The notes: generated by a model from the letters alone, not told the origin. A stretch of DNA of 63,322 nt, filler included, from Squatina squatina (GCA_031763465.1; 3 parts of 2 records of this genome joined end to end with filler, not necessarily neighbours in it); one strand, 5' to 3'; positions 1-12,604 are shown, counted from the whole stretch's first letter. Numbers and translations are program-made.

Positions 1-859
1 TGAATTGTACGGTATTAACTGTGTTGATATAGACACTTTACATAGTTTTCAGAAAGTTGTACCTTCGAACATATGAATTGATCTGGTAGTTGTTATGGTG
101 AAAAGCTCAGCCTTGAAAGGCTACCTAAATCTCAGAATTATTGCCAGCTATTTCAAATGAAACATCTGTGATGGAGAAACAACAGCTTGAAGCGCCTGCA
201 GGATCCAATCATTGTTATGCTTAAGTGCAATAAACAAACAAAGAGATCCTGGGTTAGCATTTCCTAAATAAGATGAATTATTGCTATCAGATAATGAAGA
301 CAAATATTTCCATCAGGGCCCCCAGATTTCTTCAGCACCTCTACCAATTTTGGTGGCCATTCCAACCAAATTCTGCAGCATGAGAAAGTAGATTCTGCAG
401 CAAAGCTCGAATTTCAGGATAGCTCAATCTCAAAATCATATTTTTAAAATATCCCCTCAATAATATTCAATTATATTACAATATTACTAAAATAGTAGCT
501 TTTGTTCAGAAAATGACCATTTAAAATATTTCGAAAGAGGATTTCTGCGCTGCCCCTCTGAGACCCATCGGCTGCTCAGCGTCGTACAATAGCAGCTCGT
601 GTTCAACACCTAGCCACATCATTCTGGCTTTCAGCCTAGCTGGGCAAAACAATTTAAGTTGATGCTGGCTCAACTGGTTGCTCTTTGTTTAAAGGGCACA
701 TATTTGCAACAAATCTAAGCTTTACAAATGTAGTTCAAACTGAAGACATTTCACCTTGTATATCTGAAGTGTCAAAATGAGCCCAGTGCTGTTTATTGAC
801 GGGCAGATAAAGTAACTTGTGGATACAATATTCAGAATACAAAGGCTCAGCCGCACATC

Positions 860-1240
860 AGGGGCTCAGAGGCCTCGGTGGGGAAGTTCAGCTAGGGCAC
901 TGGAAGGGTCGGATGGGTGTCCAATCGCAGGGGTTTGGCGAGGCATAGACATTGGATCTAGCAGCTAAGTAGATAGGCACTTACCTCCTGGATCCAGCAG
1001 TCCTCCACTTCCTTTAGCTGGTGGGTTTCCCAAGGCCGGTCACAGTTAAATTTAATATGGTGGATCACTATAAGGCACAGAGCCTCATTATAACTTTTAA
1101 AGTGCAACGCGCCCCGTCCAGCCTCCATTAAAACCAGAAATCATAAGGTTGGAGGTGGGTTGTGGTCAGATTCAGATATTCAAATCTTTATTCTTCCACC
1201 CAATCCCAACCCACCCATTTTTTGGGGTTAAAATTTCCCT
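860..1240. mobile_element. Degenerate MITE-like element, right part
   Basis: GC-richer block ending GGGGTTAAAATTTCCC. Confidence 0.4.
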
Positions 1241-2339
1241 CAGAGACAGGTGTCCATGTCTCCCCGATAAGCAGGCATACAGACTGGTGTCCATCTCCAC
1301 ACTAAATCTGACCCAAGCTCTCTTCTCTCTCTCTTAGGCAGTCCCTCTGGNNNNNNNNNNNNNNNNNNNNNNNNNNNNNNNNNNNNNNNNNNNNNNNNNN
1401 NNNNNNNNNNNNNNNNNNNNNNNNNNNNNNNNNNNNNNNNNNNNNNNNNNTCTTTGAAAGAGCTGTCTAATTTAGTCTAACTTTTGCCTCATTACCCTGC
1501 AAATTAGACCTATTCAAGTACATGTTGGACTGCCCTAACCCCTTACCTTTCGACACCCTACTTTACTGAACACGCATGTTACTTCCTCCACCTTCTTTAA
1601 AAACAAATCCCAACAGTACCATTCAATAATTCCATAGCCTTCCTTCCCCACTCTGAACAGAGATGCCCTTTAAAAGTGTCAGTGGAACCTAAGTCACCCA
1701 CCTACCTCTTTTGGAGTCTGCTCTCTATATCCATAATCCTATGGTGAAGATCATCCTTCCCCACCCCCCAACCTCAATTTGCTTGAGGTTTGTGAATTTT
1801 GCCCTTTATTTGCACATGTTTCAGGCATGGGCCTTAGATTCCTCTCCTGATGCCTATACCAATAGGATGGGTGGTGCACTGCCGACTCAGAATCTGCACG
1901 CACTGCTATCCATCATGATGGATGCTTTGGTGCTCATTTTACATCTCGTTGAATTTCTTGGCCTATTTGTCCATGCAGTATTGCAAAGGAAGAAATTCTC
2001 AGTTATTCTGACCTGCTAACATACATCTCCTAGTGGTGCTTGCTAAAGTCTGGTAACTGATCTCCTGTCTCCTCTTATTGGCTGAGAATTGTATATAGCA
2101 CAGGTGTACTTAGAGGAAGGGGAGACTTTTTTTTTAATCACTCACACCCACCACCCCCACCCCGTCAAAAGAAAATTATTGAAAGGGCCTTGCAAGTTTG
2201 ACTTCTTGATTTGCTAATGTGCAATCAGATTCACAAAAAGGGGAGAATGTTCAAAGTAAACTAGTCACAACAGCAGGGAACTGCAATAAAAACAACCCCC
2301 AAACGGGCGAGAGTTGGGTGTCAGTTCACTGATAACCGG

Positions 2340-2680
2340 CGCCAGTAATTTTGAGCCCCTGTATTGACTGAGTTAAGCGCGCAGGCAGAGAGAGACCTCC
2401 AGTCTGGCAGGTGGGCTGTGGGGCGGAGAGGGTTTGCTCCCCTCCGTGCCCCTGTGTAGGGGAAGGTGGTGAGCGAGTGCAAGTTAGCCTGGCTTCCTGC
2501 TCTCGGTCACTCCACAATGACTCGCACTGGAAAGCGTGCTAGAAAGGCCTGAGAACAGGATGGCGCCTGGCTCTGTGGTGCCCATGTGGTTGAACAGCCT
2601 ACAACCCAGCAGTGGGTGTTACGGCACTTGGGGGTGGGGTGATCGCCGAAAGCTTTACTCCTGAATCAGGCAGAGGGGGA
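2340..2680 (+). mobile_element. Old SINE-like family; further diverged copies near 6290-6520, 24770-24990 and 43820-44030
   Basis: Copies share a motif order: (G)CTGAGTTA(G)CTGAT...AGCCAGGGTTCC(T/C)GCTC...GAATAGCC(T)...GAGGTA. Family name not established. Confidence 0.5.
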
Positions 2681-3542
2681 AAAAAATGTAAGTTCCACTT
2701 ACGTGGGTGAGATTTCCAAACACTCGCTTGTCCCCTCTGACATGTAGGCCAGTTTGATTTTGGTCACCCAGCACAGAGATAGCCTGAGACAGTAGGAGGC
2801 TTCTTGCAAGTCCATCTGTGGGAATTAAAGCCTTGCATCGGCATCACGGTGTAATGACCCAATCGGTGAAGGCAGTGGAAGAAAGAGAATGTGCTGGAAA
2901 TATGCAGCACTTCAAGCTGGCCGTGAGCGAAAGACCCCGAGACCCCTGCTCACAGTCCTCAACTGTGCATTTTCAGTGTTGACAGTCTGCGTTTCCAGCA
3001 TCTGCGGGGGTGCCGTTTATATTAATACACAGTGCTTATATTCAGTGCGTGAAATCCGATTGATCTTGAAGACCTTCGTGGCTGTTCCCAAAAAAAAAAC
3101 ATTTATATTTATTTTTAAAAAAAAGAAATTTATTTCCCTGCCTCCCCAACTGCAAAAAAAACTATCTCAAAACAGACCAAAGATCATAACACAGAGACAC
3201 TGGGGATAATTCGGGTGACCTCTCAAGCAAGTGAGGGTTAGTTCCAGAAGCAAGCCCCTCCATTGCCCCCCACCACTTGTACACTTGTCCCGACTATTCA
3301 TTCCATATAGCGAGGCTGATACTTAAGTGATACTCACTTCCCAGTGATGAAGTGGATCCAAGTAGAGGGTTGGACAGGTACAGATGTAATCTCCCCTCAC
3401 CCAAGCATATCTGGTTCCGCATTACATCCCCATTTGCAATCTNNNNNNNNNNNNNNNNNNNNNNNNNNNNNNNNNNNNNNNNNNNNNNNNNNNNNNNNNN
3501 NNNNNNNNNNNNNNNNNNNNNNNNNNNNNNNNNNNNNNNNNN

Positions 3543-3617
3543 GATCATATTGAATGGCGGTGCAGGCTCGAAGGGCCTAATGGCCTACTCCTGCACCTAT
3601 TTTCTATGTTTCTATGA
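3543..3617 (+). mobile_element. CR1-type 3' terminus
   Basis: GAATGGCGGTGCAGGCTCGAAGGGCC...CCTACTCCTGCACCTATTTTCTATGTTTCTATG, nearly identical to 18921-18995, 46917-47030 and 49530-49605. Confidence 0.88.
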
Positions 3618-3891
3618 GATGGGTTCCGAAACACTGCCCAAATTTGAATAGGATGCCAAGGTTGTCTGGTTGAGCCTGAGACAGCATCCAAGAAGGAATC
3701 AATAGCAAGGGAGTGGAGTTTATGGAGGGAAGGTCCAAAGATGATGGATTTGATCTTATCGATGTTGAGATGGAGCAAATTATCAGTCATCCAAAATTTT
3801 TCAAGTGGGGATTGCCTTCGATTCACCCCTACAAATACAACATCTATTTAGTCCCTTCAGCATTTATATTTCCTCATTCAAGCTTTCATGT

Positions 3892-4596
3892 CCTTGGGGG
3901 CGAAATTGCCCCTTTTTATAGGCCTGTTAGTGCCTCCGGGGGGTGACTTCCCTAGGGGAGGGGACACGGCCGCCTCCTGGGAAATTGCGCAGGAGTTTGC
4001 GGAGACACTGCCACGCTGACCCCTTAACGCCCCCTGGGGTAAACTGCCCCATGGGCAACGAGGCTAGCATGAGGGGATGTCAACGCCAGCTTTACGGGTC
4101 ACGAATCTGGCCGATATCCGCTCCAGGGCACTCCTTAAAGGGGAGGTCACTAGCGCCCTGGGCCGCCATATTATATTACCTGTCGTCTCTCGGGTGGGGA
4201 TCTACAATGGCGGCCCTAGTGTGGTTCGGGCCACCATCGTGCAGCCCAGCACTCCGTTTTGGTTGCCGGGGTGCAGGCCCCGAACTACGCTGCCCTGGTG
4301 GCCTAGTGGAGGGCATCAGAGGCCTTGCAGAATGCGCAGTGGCCCTCCCCTTTAAGTGGAGGAGAGGGGCAGTGAAGCGCGTCAGTGTCACGTGGAGCAT
4401 TTGTGTAACGCCCCAGTAACGCCTCAGTAACCACCCTCAAAGGAAGTGGAGTGTGCGAGATTGCGCTTCGCTTCCTTTCAGGGGCGGTAAGGGCAATTCC
4501 GCGGCCAGAGCGGGACTTCTGCACCGGCCACAGGAAGTCCCAGCCCCAGCTGGTTACCGCCTCCAATAGGAGCACATGGCAATTTCGCCTCCAAGG
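3892..4596. mobile_element. Complete GC-rich non-autonomous DNA transposon (MITE), PIF/Harbinger-like termini
   Basis: 19-bp terminal inverted repeat CCTTGGGGGCGAAATTGCC / GGCAATTTCGCCTCCAAGG with one mismatch. No transposase ORF. Confidence 0.82.
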
Positions 4597-6524
4597 TATT
4601 TTGTTTTCTTCAGTACAACTTTTATTTCCTCATCTCATAGGCTTATAATTAGAGCTGTTCTTGAGTTTTCCGCTTGTTTGAAGCTCTTCATAGGCTATCC
4701 TAGTTTCCTCAGCTGGCATGTATCAGCTTGATAGCTTCTTCCTCACCTGGGGAATCAACATTCCTCAAACATGTAAAAAGGACAGAGACCTTTCACATCA
4801 GGTTTTTACCTTGCTGCCCCAACGCTACCCTAGGATTTCCTTGTGCTTTCTCCTGAGAGCTATGTGGCCTGCAGTAAGCACAGGCCTAGCATTGCAATCA
4901 TAATGAGGCAGGAGGGAGCTTTCCCAGTCTTGTGTCTCATGTTCCTATGAATACAGTTGTTGGATGCCCCAGTGTAGGGCTGCTTGACGATACCTGGTAC
5001 AGGGCCTGCTCAGGAGCCCCACAGACCAGAGGGTCTACAGACATGCTAACGTGCAATCAGATTCACAAAAATGGAGAATGTTCAAAGTAAACTAGTCGTA
5101 ACACCAGTGAACTGCAATAAAGGAAAACACCCAAAGCAAATGCTTTGCCACTGGCACACATCACTAAAATGAACTGGCAAAGATGAACTCTTCTGAGCAC
5201 TGAATTTCTTTTGGAACTTGCATATTTATTAACTACCAAAAATAATTTTTCTTCCCAGGAACAGGGACAGACAAGGAAGCTGCAGGCAAGTTTGGAATCT
5301 TATTTGCAACCCCCCGTCCAACAGCCAATTTAATAGCGTCAGGGCCTTTTCGCATCTGATGACCAGCAGCATCAAGAATGCCCCAATGGTAGCAGGCAGG
5401 AGTGTACTTTGTATTTTGATACAAGCCCCAGCCATGGGTGGGCCTGTGCCTGGGTCATGCAAATAGCCTGGGGCACGTAAGATACAAGCAGCTGCTTCCT
5501 CTCNNNNNNNNNNNNNNNNNNNNNNNNNNNNNNNNNNNNNNNNNNNNNNNNNNNNNNNNNNNNNNNNNNNNNNNNNNNNNNNNNNNNNNNNNNNNNNNNN
5601 NNNTCTGAAGCTGAGAAACAAACGTGACACTGTTTATTTCCTTATAACATCTTTTAAAGGTTGCACAAGAGGAACTGGGATCACATGGAGTCCATTTGTG
5701 ATGCAAGACTTGCATATACAGTATTTCAGACTAACTGTGCTATTCATTTAAAACTTACTATCAAATTTGTCATGTGGTATTGCAGCTCTGAAGTACTTAA
5801 TACCATCAAGGAAAATTTTAACGGCAGCATCAAACTGATGAGGCATTCCATGGTGACAAATTAGCTTGCTCCTGCTAATTCTTTCCCCAGTTTCACTGTT
5901 CCTCCCCGAGCTTCAATGACCATTCTAGTGCAGTCTTGGAAAATTACAAACTATAGGGCACATTAAATAGTTTTGGCAGATATGCTGATTCGCCAAATGA
6001 ACCTTTTCAAAAACAGGTTCTAGAAAGCCTACTTAGCAACCACATGGTCTCTTTTATAGCCAACAGCCTAAATAATAGATGAAGATTGCTTAACAGACTC
6101 GTATGACATCACTCTGCCTGCCATTTTAATAGAGGCATTAACCCATTTATTTTAAACGGATTAACTGTTCTGTTAAAATATATGACTGGAATGACGCAAA
6201 AACATGTTGAGCATTATCACCACCATTACCACAAAGTCATTCTAGCCTCAAACCGAATATTAAATGGGCTGATGGCTCCCTGAATCTGTGCAGGTTTATC
6301 CAATGGGTAGCTGAACCTTACAGACCAAGGTGGTCCTAAGTTTGATCTATTTCTGTGCTGAGTTAACTGATTTTAGCCGGGGTTCCAGCAGGATCCCAAC
6401 CGGCCTTAGCAACCTTGTTGAAAGTGAACAATAAGGGAAGCCAGAATTGGGTTTTGGTGCCATACATAGAAGGCCAGTTGCCTGAGGTAACAGAGGGCAC
6501 TTAGCACCATGGAACCTATTCCTT

Positions 6525-6866
6525 CTGATGTCAGGCTAACTGGTCTGTCGTTCCTAGCTTTCGCTCCCTCTCTTAAATAGCAGGATTACATTTGCTACCT
6601 TCCAGTCTGCAGGAAATGTTCTGGAATCTATAGAATTTTGGAAGATGACAACCAATGCATCCACTATCTCCATAGCTACCTCTTTTAGTACTCTGGGATG
6701 CAGATCATCAGGTCCTTGGGATTTATCGACTTTCAGTCCCATTAGTTTCTCCAGTACTTTTTTTTACAAATACTAATTTCTTTTAGATCCTCATTCTCGC
6801 TATTTCCTTGGTTCTTTAGTATTTCTGGCAGGTTTTTTGTGTCTTCCTCCATGAAGACAGACACAA
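6525..6866 (-). mobile_element. CR1 LINE ORF2 fragment
   Basis: ORF 6554..6742: KSQGPDDLHPRVLKE...DWKVANVILLFK. Confidence 0.9.
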
Positions 6867-6867
6867 A

Positions 6868-7431
6868 GGACTGGAAATTAATTGTCACCACGTTGCAGGC
6901 ACACATGGGGAGGGACCGCCCCGCCCCTCCCGGAATTCAACAATCCAGGGAGCCTTGCAAGGCGCAGCATGCTCCTGGTCGCTATTGGGGTGGCAGGCCT
7001 TGGACGCCGGTGGCATGGCTTCAGCGCTACATCAGCGGCTTCAGAAATGCTACGTCAGCGCGTTGCGAGGTTGACGTTAGCAGCACAGCCAGGCCTCCCT
7101 TAAAGGGGAGGGCCGCCATCCATTCTGACAGCGCCCCATGGCCAGACACTGGGCTACCAGGGATGCCAGTGACCAGGCCATGAACCTGACATGCCAGGCG
7201 AGGGAATGGTGGCCCGATCCGGCCGAGGGTCGCCAACTTTTGGCCAACGACGAAGTTGGCCCAAATATAAAGATGGCGGCTGGAGGCGCAGGTGCCTTCC
7301 CCTTTAACAGGTCTGTTGCAGCGACAGGTTTTACTGTCGCTGCAACCGCCCCGCACTGCAGCCACGTCCCGCGGATGAATTTTGCCCGTGGGAAGCAAAC
7401 GGAGCATGAAGGGCATTGCAGCTGTGTGGTA
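6868..7431. mobile_element. Related GC-rich MITE-like element adjoining a CR1 fragment, cut by a gap
   Basis: Starts GGACTGGAAATT; shares the CCTTAAAGGGGAGG motif with 3892-4596; CpG-rich. Confidence 0.65.
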
Positions 7432-7531
7432 NNNNNNNNNNNNNNNNNNNNNNNNNNNNNNNNNNNNNNNNNNNNNNNNNNNNNNNNNNNNNNNNNNNNN
7501 NNNNNNNNNNNNNNNNNNNNNNNNNNNNNNN

Positions 7532-7630
7532 CAGTTCTGACGAAGGGTCATCGACCCGAAGCGTTGACTCTGTTTTTCTCTCCACAGATGCTGCCTGACC
7601 TGCTGAGTTTTTCCAGCAATTTTTGTTTGT
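7532..7630 (+). mobile_element. Penelope-like element terminal repeat fragment containing a degenerate minimal hammerhead motif
   Basis: CTGACGA-A-GGGTC-ATC-GACCC-GAAG-CGTT followed by GATGCTGCCTGACCTGCTGAG...TCCAGCA. A reverse-orientation remnant of the same tail lies at about 24275-24322. Confidence 0.65.
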
Positions 7631-8894
7631 ATAGCAGAATTAACAATGCTATTATAGCCAAAACTGTCTAACCTAGCCTACTTCTATAGAAAAGATGGAT
7701 ACTTTGTCCCAAATTTTGGCAACAAGAGGTTCGATATAAGGATGAATGAGTCGTTGGCTGGGCAAAAGTAAAACTGGCGCAGACCCTTGGGCTCTTTGCA
7801 AGAGGGAAGTAAAAGCCTGTGTGCTCAGCACATACATTTTTTTAAAAACGGTCAAGCTAGGTTACATTCTTAATGCATGTGGCGGATGAGGAATGTGTGA
7901 TTAATATATCAAGAAACTGCACTTGTTTCAGAGATGCCAAAGAATTTACAATATTGAAAAGTATTTTACATTTTTATTTGTTAGCTCCAATTTGTACTAG
8001 TGAAAATGTTCCACTGTTCATGGACACGATTGCCTGCAAATCTATTATTTACTTCACGTGGAGGACTTTTAGTATAATGGCCAGTCATCTCAAGATAGGC
8101 AGCTGATGCAACATGACGGGAAGCTGCTACAGCTCTCATTATACCGGTAATGAATCTCACACATAGCAAACTTAATGTACAATAAGTAATATCTAGGCCG
8201 ATTTGGAGGGGTGGGGGGTGCTTCTTCCTCACAATAGAAATAAAAGTCAGTTTACTTCTGCATTTCTTCTTAGTACTTTTAAACTCTTTCGTGACAGATG
8301 GTGATAAATAAAAAGAAAATACACATATCACATTTATTAAGGCAAACATGTTCTAGATTATTTAATATACAAGGGAAATGTATTATGAGCAAAAATGAAA
8401 TTGCTTACACCAAAAGGGCTGTCCAATCCGTAGGTCATTCTATTACTTTCAAAGATTAAAGCTATAAAATCCCCATTTTCTCTCACCAAGGGCAAGTAAA
8501 TTTCAAGCTTGAGAAAGTAATAAAACTTGTCAGTATTTCCTGAAAGTGAAATTAACTTTGTGTCAAGATGTTATTAGAAGTGATTTATAGATGAGCATGA
8601 CAAAAATGTAACATAAAAATGTTAATTTCCATTAAACCATGGGAAAAACTAGGGTGCACTGTACCCTGTTGTAGCAGTGACTGCTGAAATGAGAATTAAG
8701 AAAGCAGTAGAAGTCTATTTCCTTGGTAGAAAGCATTATCTTTACATGTTTGCATTGCAAGAGTTACCCTGTAGCACCAATTGTACACAACTGTNNNNNN
8801 NNNNNNNNNNNNNNNNNNNNNNNNNNNNNNNNNNNNNNNNNNNNNNNNNNNNNNNNNNNNNNNNNNNNNNNNNNNNNNNNNNNNNNNNNNNNNN

Positions 8895-9252
8895 TAGGCT
8901 GACACTCCAATGCAGTGCTGAGGGGCTGCAACACTGTCAGACGTGCTGTCTTTTGGATGAGACATTAAACCAAGGCCCTGACTGCTTTCTCAGCTGTATA
9001 TAAAAGATCCCATTGCACTATTTCAGAGAAGAGCAGGTGAGTTATTTCCAATGTCCAAATATTTATCCTTCAATCAATATAACAAAAACAGATTGTCTGG
9101 TCATGATCATGTTCCTGTTTGTGGGAGCTTGCTGTGCACAAATTGGCTACGGCATTTCCTTACAAAAGTGACTACAGTACTTAATTGGCTGTAAAGCATT
9201 TTGGGATGTCTGGTGGTCGTGAAAGGTGCTATATAAATGCAATTCTTTTTTT
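8895..9252 (+). mobile_element. Deu-domain SINE (SacSINE1/AmnSINE1-related)
   Basis: GATGAGACATTAAACCAAGGCCC...AAAAGATCCCATTGCACTATTTCAGAGAAGAGCAGG core and GAAAGGTGCTATATAAATGCAA tail. Confidence 0.85.
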
Positions 9253-11491
9253 CTCCACTGAATTCCAAACTATCACCAAGTTCTCAGCTTCCACTCTGTC
9301 ATCCACTCTGATTGTGATTCACCCAGCTCCGATTGAAATCTCTGTGCCTATGATTGTTTGAAAGTGAATATAAAGTTTATACAACTTTAAACTAAATATC
9401 CATATATAAAATTCTGATTATAATTACTTTCAAATCAATAGTGATTCAATATTTTGGGGAAATTAACCAGAATTTTGCAATGAAACGAAAATATTTGATA
9501 TATTGCGCTTGTGGCAAAACTAATCCTATTCGTTAATCATTTATTGTGCAAATCTTAAAAGTCACACAGATTATCGTTACTGCAAGTTCAATCCTACTTG
9601 AAAGAGCCATTGGAAGATGAATTGTTGAAAGTACAAACTAAATACTGTTTGCAAATAGCTAAACTCAAAAATATGTCTCAATGTGCTTGAACTGGGCAGG
9701 CAGATAGGCCCCTTTTCTCTTAATAAAAAAATAGGTTTCAATATCAGAAAAATAATGTGCAACATTTGAAGCTTCAATTAAATGAATAAAAAGCTTGAAG
9801 GATTCCTCTATACTATTAACGTCAGACCAATGACAAGAGACAACCAATCAGCACATTAACCTGACCACTTTGATCATCCCAATTATTACTGGACATTTGA
9901 AAAAGAAAAGATTGCTATATTGTTTGCTACAAAGTGCTCAGAAATCTTATTGGGCCTTTTGATAAACTACAATTTTCTAAATCATCTCCTCTATTTTCCT
10001 TTTCTGTTGTAACTGCTAATTCTTATCCAAGTAATTGAAGGCATGGTATAGCATGACACAAATGTCCAGAAGTAAAAATGCTGCCACTTAATTTATGCCA
10101 CTGGAATTTGTTAATTATCAGTACAGACTCCCTATAGTTGGGTTATATTATCCAATTCAAATATAAAAAGGTACATATCTTCCTTCATTTATTCTCCATC
10201 ATACGTCCTTCTCAAGAATGTAGTAGGGCAACACAGCATGACTAACATAAACAATGTTAGGAAAAGAACTGCAAACCCTTAATGTCCTCATTTTTGCATG
10301 AAAAAAACTTTGAAAAAGCCCCAAATTGGAATAATTTTAGTGGATAAAAACACCAAAAAGGGGAAGGGAAGAAAGAGTTTTCAAACTGCCAATGATTAAA
10401 GTTCTACATTACATGGCAATAAGGTGATTAAAAAGTAAACGGAACATGCATGACAGAAATGTTCTTTAAAAGGAAAACATACGTCTGTCACTATGCTATA
10501 AGTATATATTTATTTTAAAGGGTACCATCTCTTTTTAATTTCAGTCCAGTCAAAATTTCACAAATCAGAGGGTCAGAATGTTTGGTGAAGGCAAGTTTGC
10601 TAAATCGTTAAGTGACGATTATTTCAGAATCAATCACTGGAGTCATACTCCATGTTAAAAAAAGGAAACCATAACATAACAAACATATAATAAAAATGTA
10701 ACCTTCCTATTCTTGGGAGTAGTTACACCAGCTGCTAACTATATACTGGAACAGCTTTTTTTGTAGCCTGCTAGAATAATCTAGCTAGATTGACTTCATC
10801 CAGCCAAACAATATTTTATATATTCTTCAATTTATTAATCAAATGGAAAAATGCTTTTGGTCCAATATTTTTGAAAACTTATGATAAAACAAATGTAATT
10901 GTTAGGAAGCACAACATATTTTAGCAATTTCCCACATAAACTTAAAATATAACATTTAAATGATTTATTCATAGTTAAAACAAAGAACTTTGCTGCAGAG
11001 ATAAGTTATTTAATTAGCATTTGGAAATAAGTTTCCATCTAAGCACTTCAGATGAAATATGGTTATCTCTTGGATAACATTTTGAAGTATAACTTATTAG
11101 TTAGAAGACTGTGTCTTGTAATAAGGGATTCAGTTGAGGTTTTATGTTTATTAATTAAAATGTTACCAGCTGTTTACCAAATCCAACCCCTCAAAATGCA
11201 GGTCAGTAGAAGCAAATTTCATCAAATTCAAAACGCTTCAGATTATCTGAAGCACAAATTCAGTCAGCAGCAGCCATGATATAATAAGTACTGAACACTG
11301 TCGCTACCTAGTGGAATTTCAGTGCCTTTCAATTGTACAGAAGTGAAGAAACAGGAAAATTCTTTGAATTCCCACAAGAGGGAACCAATCTTTTAATAAA
11401 ATTACAGCACTACAATTACTAAGTGCTATAAAGCTGATTACTAATAGCATAATATATTCTTAAAACTTGGAATAAGTATAACTGTGATGAA

Positions 11492-12604
11492 AGGAAATGC
11501 CCAGATACACCTGGTGGGACAGTCATTAAAGATAATGCCCCAATACACCTGGATGGACAGTGATTACATATAATGCCCGGAAACACCTGGAGGGACAGTG
11601 ATTACAGGTAATGCCCGGATACAGCTAGAGTGACAGTGATCACAGGTAGTGCCCAGATTCACCTGGAGGGACAGTGATTACAGGTGGTGCCCGGATACCC
11701 CTGCAGGGACAGTGATTACAGGTAATGCCTGGATACACCTGGAAGTACAGTGATTAAAAGTTATGCCCTGATTCACCTGGAGGGACAGTGATTACAGGCA
11801 ATGCCTCGATACAGCTGGAAGGACAGTGATTAAAGGTTATGCCCCGATACACCTGGTGGGACAGTGATTAAAGGTAATGCCCTGATTCACCAGGAGGGAC
11901 AGAGATTACAGGTTATTCCCGGATACACCAGGAGGGACAGTGATTACGGGCAGTGCCTGGATACACCTGGAGGGACAGTGATTAAAGGTTATGCCCTGAT
12001 TCAGCTGGTGGGATAGTGATTAAACGTAATGCCCTGATACACCTGGTGGGAGCGTGATTACAGGCAATGCCTGGATACACCTGGAGGGACAGTGATTACA
12101 TGTAATGCCCAGATACACCTGTAGGGACAGTGATCACAGGTAATCCACGGATACACCTGGAGGGACAGTGATTACAGGTAATGCCTGGATATCCCTGGAG
12201 GGACACTGATTAAAGTTAATGCCCGGATACACCTGTAGGGACAGTGATTACATGTAACTCCCGGATACCCCTGGAGGGACACTGATTTAAGGTAATGACC
12301 GGATACACCTGTAGGGACAGTGATTACTGGAATTGCCCAGATACACCTGTAGGGACAGTGATCACAGGTAGTCCACGGATACACCTGGAGGGACAGTGAT
12401 TAAAATTAATGCCCGGATACCCCTGGAGGGGCACTGATTCAAGGTAATGCCCGAATACACCTGGAGGGACAGTGATTACAGGTAATGCCCAGATACCCCT
12501 GAAGGGACAGTGATTACATTTAATGCCCTGATTCACCTGGAGATACAGAGATTACAGGTTATCCCCAGAAACACCGGGAGGGACAGTGATTACAGGTACT
12601 GTCC
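11492..12604 (+). repeat. 38-bp minisatellite, about 29 copies, consensus GGTAATGCCCGGATACACCTGGAGGGACAGTGATTACA, truncated by a gap
   Basis: The (G/T)GGACAGT core recurs every 38 nt (11516, 11554, 11592 and onward) with no unique spacers. Confidence 0.97.

Noticed and set aside
3943-4575. Overlapping ORFs up to 158 aa, or a CpG-island promoter
   Set aside because: They lie entirely within the MITE. High GC suppresses stop codons and no protein motif is recognisable.
6839-7671. Several 70-177 aa ORFs
   Set aside because: GC-rich repeat interior plus read-through of an N gap.
11492-12604. CRISPR-like array or repeat-protein gene
   Set aside because: The units are contiguous with no unique spacers and no cas genes, in a eukaryotic context. 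A 38-nt period with frequent stops does not fit a coding repeat.
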